Shown: positions 18,292-24,958 of the stretch, in pieces
Layout: each line of letters opens with the position of its first letter
Position numbering within the stretch: the stretch's first letter is position 1
Origin: Enhydrobacter aerosaccus
GTDB lineage: Bacteria; Pseudomonadota; Alphaproteobacteria; Reyranellales; Reyranellaceae
Length of the DNA stretch: 32,000 bases
Assembly (NCBI RefSeq): GCF_900167455.1
Contig: NZ_FUWJ01000008.1
Location: 153,378-185,377 of the forward strand
Reading direction: 5' to 3'
Translations under genes and position numbers: made by a program
Notes under the pieces: model-generated
What the model was told of the DNA's origin: nothing
Database searches by the model: none
Seen by the model: only the letters and a program-made list of their open reading frames with translations

Positions 18292-19011
18292 CTACCGAAT
18301 GCCCATGTGCGGCGCGATGAGTTCGTTGGCGATTTTCTTCTGCTTGTCGTCGAGCGCCGCATAGAGCTTCGCGTAGGCGGGCTTCAACGCCTTCACGCTT
18401 TCCAGGCGCACCGTGAGCCAGCGCTCTTGATCATCCAGTCGGTCGGCGGCGGTTGTCGTGGTCCGCTGCGGCTGACCCTTTTGGGCGTCCTCGACGCGCT
18501 TTGCATTCGTGCGCATAACGGTCGCAAACTCTGTCCATGTCGGCATCTGCGGTTCCGTGATCTTCAGCTCAGCATGAAGGTAGGCGATGCGACCGTCGAT
18601 GTGGTCCGTGGGCAGATCCATCATGCGGGTTTGCATCATCATCTGCATCATCTGGGGGCCCATCATGGCTCCGGGTCCCATTGGTCCCGCCACTTGACCC
18701 TGCACGCCAGGACCTTGCATCGCTCCGCACTGTCCGCCAGAGCAATCACCGGGTGTCTGCATGTTCTGCATGCCCGAGCCACCCATGTTGTGGCCTTCCA
18801 TGCCCATGCTCTTTCCCTGGCTCTGCATGCCCTGGCCTTGCATGCCTTGGCCCTTCATACCCTGACCCTTCATGCCCTTATCGTCGTCCATCATCTGCGC
18901 AACGACGATCTTTGTCGGATCGAGGGTCTGCGAAGAACCGATCGCCGGGGCAAGTACGATGGTCGCCATCGTCGCTAGGCTTGCAGCAGATAAGAAGTTC
19001 ATACGTGTCAT
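18292..19011 (-). CDS. Secreted Met/Gly/Gln-rich protein with a C-terminal LTXXQ (Spy/CpxP-like) domain
   Basis: 239 aa. Signal peptide (MTRMNFLSAASLATMATIVLAPAIG), a KGMKGQGMKGQGMQGQGMQSQG repeat tract plus MMGPQMMQMMMQTRMM, and a helical C-terminus ending LDDKQKKIANELI. AAAGGAA RBS upstream. Confidence 0.7.
   Translation of the reverse strand: MTRMNFLSAASLATMATIVLAPAIGSSQTLDPTKIVVAQMMDDDKGMKGQGMKGQGMQGQGMQSQGKSMGMEGHNMGGSGMQNMQTPGDCSGGQCGAMQGPGVQGQVAGPMGPGAMMGPQMMQMMMQTRMMDLPTDHIDGRIAYLHAELKITEPQMPTWTEFATVMRTNAKRVEDAQKGQPQRTTTTAADRLDDQERWLTVRLESVKALKPAYAKLYAALDDKQKKIANELIAPHMGIR
18823..18880 (-). repeat. About 3.8 tandem copies of a 15-bp unit encoding the G-M-x-G-Q pentapeptide repeat
   Basis: Plus-strand units ctgcatgccctggcc / ttgcatgccttggcc / cttcataccctgacc / cttcatgccctta, read directly from the sequence. 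Confidence 0.85.
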
Positions 19012-19270
19012 GGGAGTTCCTTTCTTCTGAAGCCAGTTTGTCAGCTACGTGGTTGCCTGCTCTTTTGCAGTGGCGCGGAACGCGGGGCAGTCGGGCGTCC
19101 TCTAAGTTGAGGCAATGCCGTTCGTGGCCAGCGACGTAGCAATATGCGTTTGAGCGGTTCCGGGCGGTCAGCGTGCTTTCACGTCAATCCCCTCTAGAGC
19201 CAGCCTTCTGGCCGTGCCGTGTCTCGTTGCGATGCATTTGAAAGTATTCGGCCAATGAGGCTGATCACGC

Positions 19271-19286
19271 TGTCCCATTTGGGACA
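19271..19286. promoter_or_regulatory. Candidate operator, palindrome TGTCCCATTTGGGACA
   Basis: Perfect 6-bp inverted arms with a 4-bp spacer, in the 708-bp divergent intergenic region between the hydrogenase cluster and the reductase module. Confidence 0.4.
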
Positions 19287-19504
19287 CGTGCGCGAATTCT
19301 GCCGCGGGCTCGTACAAGGGGCATGCGCCAAAGCAATAGGCCCCGTTTCTGCGCCGGACATCTCAGGGGCCGAGGCTATTGCGGTGGGAGTGAACTCGCC
19401 AAGCTTGATGCCCTAAGCGATCGCGACAGTCCCAGGTCGAGCAGATTGAGGGGGCGCCATTGAGGGCCCGGCAGGCGGCAGATCACGCTAGAAATCTGCA
19501 TATG

Positions 19505-19520
19505 TGTCTCAAATTGGACA
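19505..19520. promoter_or_regulatory. Candidate operator TGTCTCAAATTGGACA (same motif, 14/16 to site 1 on the opposite strand)
   Basis: Lies in the same intergenic region, 200 nt upstream of the GTG at 19720. Confidence 0.4.
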
Positions 19521-19719
19521 GCGCAATTCGCCTCTTTGATCAATAGACGCAGAACCGATGCGGAGAAGGTCGGGCAGCGGGCAAGGATGCTTGTAACCAT
19601 GCGGGGCAGGGTTGTTCATCCTGAAGTCAACGTCGCTCGTCAATCTGTTGAAGGGGCAACGCGTGCAGAGCGTCCAGCAAAGGTGTGTCAAGAACATCGA
19701 GTAATATTGGGAAGCAGCG

Positions 19720-21672
19720 GTGAAGAGTGAATATCCGCCGGCCCGCAATAAGGCGATGCGCCGTGGCTTGATGCTTCTGGCGGTAGCCGTTTTTGGAGGT
19801 GCAGCTCCCGCTGCTGCACAGCCCGCAGATTCCCATTCCGAGCATCATCCCGGTCAGACGCCGTCCGCTCCGTCTGCCGGCCAACCGGCACCATCATCCG
19901 CCGGCGGCATGGAGATGATGGGCTCGATGATGGGCGGCCCACCCAGAAAGCAGCTCTATCCCCAGCTGATGGAGTTGCCGGTCATGACCCCGGAAGCCCG
20001 TCTCAAGATTGAGACGGACGCGCGAGCCCGAATTGTCACCGGCAACGCGGCACTCGTACAGGGGCAGGACGATTATCACCGCGCTGCGATGAATAATGAC
20101 GCGGCCGCAATGTCAGCCGCCTTGTCTCGCCAGCGTGCTGCGTTGGCAGAGATCGAGAGCGGCACATCAGCGTTGCGTGCGCTCGCAGAGGGGAGTCCGC
20201 CCCACGAGATTGCCTTGAGCTGGTTCCGTGACCAGATGAATCTCGCTCGGCCGACCTCGCCAGTACAAGAAGAGGTTGGACCGCTCAACCTATCTTGGTT
20301 CCACATCGTCTCCATGACGGTGGTACTGCTGTTCGCGCTGACGATGCTTGTCGTCGGTGTTGGGCGTCGACATCGCTCGCTTGCCTTGGTCAATCGTTTG
20401 ACTCGACCAGCCGGCCCCCAACCAGCGCAGGGTCGTGCGCCCGTACCGATCTCTGCCTCCCCTACGCCCACGACTCCAGCGGTATCCCCTCCACCACCGC
20501 CGTCGACAAAGGTCCAGCAGTCACCTCCGCTACCATCGCCTCCAACGTCTATATCGACATGGTCCGGAACGCTGCGCGTCGCCAGCATTGTTCGTGAGAC
20601 ACCTCTCGTAAAGACCTTCCGGCTGGTTGAGCCAGGAGGTGGCGCTATCCCGTTCTCCTATGCCCCCGGCCAGTTCTTGACTTTCTCAGCGCAGATCGAC
20701 GGCAGACTGGTGCGCCGATCCTACACGATCGCCTCGCCACCAACACGGACCTCGTACGTGGAGGTCACCGTCAAGCGCGAGGAGGAGGGGGCGTATTCAC
20801 GCTTCCTGCACGACAGCGTCGTGCCTGGCAGCGTGCTGCAGGTTCGTGGCCCCTCGGGTGTGTTCACCTTCGATGGGGGAAACGCCGAAAGTATCGTCCT
20901 GATCGCCGGCGGCGTCGGTATCACGCCCATGATGTGCGTGATCCGCTATCTGACGGACATGAGCTGGCCAGGCGAGATCTTCCTGATCCTTGCTGCACGG
21001 AACACCGACGAGCTGATCTTCCGTGAAGAGCTCGAGTACCTGCAGCGCCGTCATCCCAAGCTCCATGTTGTGGCGTCGGTCGGCGCGAGGTCGGAAGGAT
21101 CAGCATGGATGGGCTTGGAAGGCCAGATAACGAAGGACGCACTCGCCCATGCAGTACCTTCACTAGAAATTCGACGCGTCCACCTGTGCGGTCCACCGCC
21201 CATGATGGAGACTATACGGCGCATCCTGAGCGAATTGGGTGTGCCAGCCAACCAGGTCAAGACTGAAGCTTTTGGTCCGGCCACCGGGGCCGTGCCGCCG
21301 CCGCGTCCTCTGCCGCCCCCACCGCCACCTTTGATGGTGACGGAGCTTGTCGAGCGGGTCGAGGCTGCCACACCTCCGTTGATGGAACCCATACCGGTGG
21401 CGGGTCCGGCGACGGCGACCATCTCCTTCGACCGGTCTCACAAATCAGCGCCTCTCCCGCCCGACAAGACGGTCCTTGAGGTGGCGGAGTCGATCGGCGT
21501 GCCGATCGACTACTCCTGCCGCGTAGGGACCTGTGGCCTCTGCAAGACCAAGTTGCTGGCTGGTCAGGTTACTATGGAGGTTCAGGACGCGCTGACGGAC
21601 GACGATAAGGCGTCCGGGATAATACTCGCCTGCCAAGCCCATTCTCTGGGCGACATCACGGTCGACGCCTGA
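19720..21672 (+). CDS. Membrane-tethered oxidoreductase: signal peptide, His/Met-rich periplasmic helical domain, one TM helix, FNR-type FAD/NAD(P)-binding core, C-terminal plant-type [2Fe-2S] ferredoxin domain
   Basis: 650 aa. MRRGLMLLAVAVFGGAAPAAA/QP leader; HSEHH and GGMEMMGSMMGG; TM at about residues 191-215 followed by RRHR; Pro-rich linkers; RRSYTIAS (FAD), VLIAGGVGITP (NAD(P)), HLCGPPPM; CRVGTCGLC...ACQA (2Fe-2S). GTG start at 19720, or ATG at 19756. Confidence 0.8.
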   Translation: MKSEYPPARNKAMRRGLMLLAVAVFGGAAPAAAQPADSHSEHHPGQTPSAPSAGQPAPSSAGGMEMMGSMMGGPPRKQLYPQLMELPVMTPEARLKIETDARARIVTGNAALVQGQDDYHRAAMNNDAAAMSAALSRQRAALAEIESGTSALRALAEGSPPHEIALSWFRDQMNLARPTSPVQEEVGPLNLSWFHIVSMTVVLLFALTMLVVGVGRRHRSLALVNRLTRPAGPQPAQGRAPVPISASPTPTTPAVSPPPPPSTKVQQSPPLPSPPTSISTWSGTLRVASIVRETPLVKTFRLVEPGGGAIPFSYAPGQFLTFSAQIDGRLVRRSYTIASPPTRTSYVEVTVKREEEGAYSRFLHDSVVPGSVLQVRGPSGVFTFDGGNAESIVLIAGGVGITPMMCVIRYLTDMSWPGEIFLILAARNTDELIFREELEYLQRRHPKLHVVASVGARSEGSAWMGLEGQITKDALAHAVPSLEIRRVHLCGPPPMMETIRRILSELGVPANQVKTEAFGPATGAVPPPRPLPPPPPPLMVTELVERVEAATPPLMEPIPVAGPATATISFDRSHKSAPLPPDKTVLEVAESIGVPIDYSCRVGTCGLCKTKLLAGQVTMEVQDALTDDDKASGIILACQAHSLGDITVDA

Positions 21673-21673
21673 C

Positions 21674-22354
21674 ATGGGCGACAAAGAGCGAGTTGTCGTC
21701 CTGGCGCTCGGAACACTGCTGCTCTTCCTTGCGCCTGGCTATCTCTTGCACGTTTCGCCGCGCTTTGCGGGCAGCCTGGCCGGCGGAGTACTGGGGATCA
21801 TGGCAGCAACTTTCATGCTGCTGGCGCTCGTCTACCCCGCCGTCAAGTACATCGGTTGGCTGAAAGTTCGCGTGACGCGGCATGTTTCGCTGGGCCGCCT
21901 TCTTAGCTTCCACATCTACGGCGGGCTTCTAGCATCCCTGATTGCCATCCTGCATTCGGGACACAAATATCAAAGCGGCCTGGGCATCGCGCTGATTGCG
22001 GATATTGTGATTGTGATCGGGACGGGCTTTATCGGCCGTTACTATCTTGCACATCTCGGGACGGAAGTACGCCGGCAGCAGGCGCTGCTCGGGACGTTAC
22101 GCACGGCCTATGATCGCATCGCGCTTCACCTCGGGCGCCAAGCCACTGTCGGCGCAGCCGCACCGGATGTCCCTATCCTGACACTCGTCGATGCGATTGC
22201 AGACATCGAATACTCGCTCGGGATGCGCGACACCGCCAAACGTATCGCCGGTCGATGGATTGTCGTCCACATCGTCGCGTCGATTCTAATGTACGGGCTC
22301 CTGTTGCTGCATATCGGCGGAGGAATCTATTATGGGCTGCGGTGGCTTCCATGA
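21674..22354 (+). CDS. Integral membrane protein, about 5 TM helices, with H-x13-H on two helices (putative dihaem cytochrome b, ferric-reductase-domain/DUF4405-like)
   Basis: 226 aa. H80/H94 in predicted TM3 (FHIYGGLLASLIAILH) and H199/H213 in TM5 (VHIVASILMYGLLLLH). Starts 1 nt after the reductase stop. Confidence 0.6.
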   Translation: MGDKERVVVLALGTLLLFLAPGYLLHVSPRFAGSLAGGVLGIMAATFMLLALVYPAVKYIGWLKVRVTRHVSLGRLLSFHIYGGLLASLIAILHSGHKYQSGLGIALIADIVIVIGTGFIGRYYLAHLGTEVRRQQALLGTLRTAYDRIALHLGRQATVGAAAPDVPILTLVDAIADIEYSLGMRDTAKRIAGRWIVVHIVASILMYGLLLLHIGGGIYYGLRWLP

Positions 22355-23091
22355 AATGGAAGGCGCTTATTTACCTGTTGCTTGTAACGGTGACCGTCGC
22401 CAGCTCTATCATGGCTGTCGGTACCGTCTATCGTAAGGGATCGGCAAGCTTGCCTCACTGGGCGACATTGGTGAGGCCGGGCGCCCTTTCAACCAAGCAC
22501 GCCTTTCTCTCCAATCAGTGCGAGGCGTGCCATACGCCGGTCAAGGGCGTGGAAGCCGCAGCCTGCATCTCATGTCATGCGGCCGATGCCACGACGCTCG
22601 CCCGCGAATCGACGGCCTTTCACGCGACCATTCAGACCTGTGCGACATGCCACGTCGAGCATTTGGGTGAAGTCCGTCCGACCCGCATGGACCACGATGC
22701 TCTGATCGCAATCGGGCGCTCGAGGCTCGTGAACCAACCGTCTCCCTGGTTTGCGTCACTGTCGGGTCACGCGCCCGCTGACTTGGGCACGCTCGATTGC
22801 TTCGCCTGTCACAGCAACCGCAGTCCGCACCGCGACCTGTTCGGTAAGGAGTGCGCTGCCTGCCATTCGACGGCGACGTGGAATGTGGCGGGCTTCAAAC
22901 ACCCGTCGCCCAGTTCGACCGAGTGCGCGCAGTGCCATCAAGCCCCGCCCAGCCATTACATGGGTCACTTTGAGATGGTCTCGGAGAAGGTGGCGGGCCA
23001 GGAGCATGCCCGGGTCGAGCAATGCTATCTCTGCCATCAAACTGATGCTTGGAACGACATCAGGGGGGTGGGCTGGTACAAACATCACTAA
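22351..23091 (+). CDS. Membrane-anchored heptahaem c-type cytochrome (cytochrome c3/multihaem family)
   Basis: Start at ATG 22351, overlapping the upstream stop (ATGA). N-terminal TM anchor (ALIYLLLVTVTVASSIMAVGTV). Seven CxxCH motifs: CEACH, CISCH, CATCH, CFACH, CAACH, CAQCH, CYLCH. Confidence 0.85.
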   Translation: MKWKALIYLLLVTVTVASSIMAVGTVYRKGSASLPHWATLVRPGALSTKHAFLSNQCEACHTPVKGVEAAACISCHAADATTLARESTAFHATIQTCATCHVEHLGEVRPTRMDHDALIAIGRSRLVNQPSPWFASLSGHAPADLGTLDCFACHSNRSPHRDLFGKECAACHSTATWNVAGFKHPSPSSTECAQCHQAPPSHYMGHFEMVSEKVAGQEHARVEQCYLCHQTDAWNDIRGVGWYKHH

Positions 23092-23166
23092 GGGAGTAGA
23101 CATACAGAAGAAAGAAGAGGGCTCGACACTTTCGCATTATTGCGCTCAAGTGAATACCTCTGGCGA

Positions 23167-23182
23167 TGTCCCAAATTGGACA
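23167..23182. promoter_or_regulatory. Candidate operator TGTCCCAAATTGGACA (15/16 identical to the 19271 site on the opposite strand)
   Basis: Lies in the 378-bp lower-GC intergenic region upstream of the DUF2933-ICMT pair. Confidence 0.4.
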
Positions 23183-23469
23183 TCAGCGAAGGGTGAACTA
23201 CCAGTAAAGTTCCTCCCTCATCGCTCTGGCCGTACTTCGTTGGTGGTTTCGGAACCTTGGTCCGCTGTTTAACAATCACGGGCTCCTGCATCCTCACAAG
23301 CCCCCGCCTTGCGGCTCATCTGCCATGGTCAATGGCATGACCCCAGCCATTCGCGGATCTACAGCGCGCGCCAGTGCACGCGTTCCTCAGAAGGGGCCAC
23401 ATTCGAAGTGTCCAACGACTTCTGGCGGCGCTGTCTCGCCTCGATCAACACAGAGGGGCCGACGGACAA

Positions 23470-23712
23470 ATGGATCATACAAATAAGCCAGCTTGGTGGC
23501 GTCAACCGTTCCCCTGGGTGCTGATCGGCTTCCTCACTGCAGGCGGTTTTCTCCTGTTTACCGAACACCGAGCGCACGTTCTAGGTGTTCTGCCCTTCCT
23601 CCTTCTCTTGCTGTGTCCTGTGATGCATCTCTTCATGCATCATGGGCACGGCGGTCGCAGCGGGCAGCGACGCAACGCTGATGATCGGCTTAACGAAACC
23701 CATCACGACTGA
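23470..23712 (+). CDS. DUF2933-family small membrane protein
   Basis: 80 aa from ATG 23470. One TM helix, then EHRAHVLGVLPFLLLLLCPVMHLFMHHGHGG, the pattern I associate with DUF2933. Confidence 0.65.
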   Translation: MDHTNKPAWWRQPFPWVLIGFLTAGGFLLFTEHRAHVLGVLPFLLLLLCPVMHLFMHHGHGGRSGQRRNADDRLNETHHD

Positions 23713-24404
23713 TGACGAAGGCGATCTTGCAAGATCACTCTCCTGCCTATGGGCTCTGGTTTCTGGTCATCGTCAACTCGGTGATCTTCATCGGATTCGC
23801 CTTCGCCTTCTTCAAGCCGCATACAGGGCGTGACTGGCGTTCCTTTGGCGCCTTCAGTGCCTTCTTGGTTGCACTGTTCGCCGAAATGTATGGCTTTCCG
23901 CTGACGATCTACGTCTTGTCAGGTTGGCTGCAGAGTCGCTTCCCTAATGTTGACTGGTTCTCCCACGACGCCGGTCATCTCCTCGAGATGATATTTGGCT
24001 GGCAGGCAAATCCACACGCCGGCCCGTTCCACGTGTTGAGCTTCCTCTTCATCGGTGCGGGCTTCTTGCTGATATCGGTAGGCTGGAAGGCACTCTATCA
24101 GGGCCAACGACAGCACCAGCTGGTCACGACTGGCGTTTATGGCTACATGCGTCATCCCCAATACGTCGGCTTCATCCTTGTGATGTTCGGCTTCCTGCTT
24201 CAGTGGCCGACCTTGTTGACCCTGACGATGTTCCCCGTGCTCGTCTTCATGTATGTGCGCTTGGCTCGCGTCGAGGAGCGGGATGCCGCCGCTGAATTCG
24301 GCAGTCTGTATGAACGCTATCGACACGACGTTGCTGGCTTCGTCCCGCGGCTATCGGGATTCTTTTCCGCACCCTCTCGCCGGGCTGCGAACGATGAAGA
24401 ATGA
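23712..24404 (+). CDS. Isoprenylcysteine carboxyl methyltransferase (ICMT)/PEMT-like membrane methyltransferase family protein
   Basis: 230 aa, multi-TM. Carries the LVTTGVYGYMRHPQYVGF signature and RLARVEERDAAAEFG. The ATG overlaps the DUF2933 stop (TGATG). Confidence 0.85.
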   Translation: MTKAILQDHSPAYGLWFLVIVNSVIFIGFAFAFFKPHTGRDWRSFGAFSAFLVALFAEMYGFPLTIYVLSGWLQSRFPNVDWFSHDAGHLLEMIFGWQANPHAGPFHVLSFLFIGAGFLLISVGWKALYQGQRQHQLVTTGVYGYMRHPQYVGFILVMFGFLLQWPTLLTLTMFPVLVFMYVRLARVEERDAAAEFGSLYERYRHDVAGFVPRLSGFFSAPSRRAANDEE

Positions 24405-24783
24405 GCGAAAACCGGGGTGCCCTGGCAGGAGAGGCATCGGCTTCGCTTGCAGCGTGATGTACTTCGGGGTCTTGGTCATTGCGACTATCGGCCTACCTGG
24501 TGCCGCACGGGCCACTGACACGTGCCGCAGTGCACTTGAGGACTTGGTAACGGAGTGGCGATCCATCGCCGTGCCGGGCAAGCCCGAGCCGCCCGACCAC
24601 GTCCACACAGCGCTCGAGGTCTGGTACATGCGCGGCCAACTACGACTGGCGCTCCGGTTGTGCGAAGAGGACAAAGACCACGAAGCCATGCTGCGAATGG
24701 ATCTCGTAAGAGCTTGGCTCAGACTTCCAGAAGTGCGCCATCCGGCCGATCACCGTTATCGCTATGACGACGATCTTCGCTGA
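24394..24783 (+). CDS. Hypothetical small exported protein
   Basis: ATG 24394 overlaps the ICMT 3' end by 11 nt. Hydrophobic leader (MYFGVLVIATIGLPGAARA). No recognisable domain, so coding status is uncertain. Confidence 0.3.
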   Translation: MKNERKPGCPGRRGIGFACSVMYFGVLVIATIGLPGAARATDTCRSALEDLVTEWRSIAVPGKPEPPDHVHTALEVWYMRGQLRLALRLCEEDKDHEAMLRMDLVRAWLRLPEVRHPADHRYRYDDDLR

Positions 24784-24958
24784 GTTGGGTTCGCGGGTTG
24801 GCGGTTTGTCAGGTGGGTGACGATCGCCGGAAGAGGGGATGCGCTCGCCAACCAAAGCCTGGATCCATTCATCGACAATCATTGATTCGACCTGAAGCCG
24901 AGCGATGTCGCGTGCAGCCGTGCTTCCGTGCGGCGTGGTCTTTTGAGGGCAAGATGAC

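Noticed and set aside
18223-18978. 251-aa plus-strand ORF with a striking HALALHALALHTLTLHAL repeat
   Set aside because: It is simply the antisense reading of the 15-bp Met-rich repeats of the minus-strand gene. That gene has a signal peptide, an RBS and a paralogue in the window.
19546-19553. TTGATCAA palindrome in the hydrogenase/reductase intergenic region, considered as an FNR box
   Set aside because: It lacks the 4-bp spacer of TTGAT-N4-ATCAA. Only the site at 28083-28096 fits the consensus.
19012-19719. Sigma-54 (-24/-12) promoter upstream of the hydrogenase cluster, and short ORFs 19219..19416, 19376..19600 and 19509..19748
   Set aside because: I found no GG-N10-GC element with TGGCAC/TTGC context. 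The short ORFs have no RBS, no domain features and implausible composition.
22255-22350. Upstream extension of the heptahaem cytochrome ORF (listed start 22255)
   Set aside because: It lies entirely inside the preceding membrane-protein gene. ATG 22351 gives a proper N-terminal anchor and the ATGA overlap.
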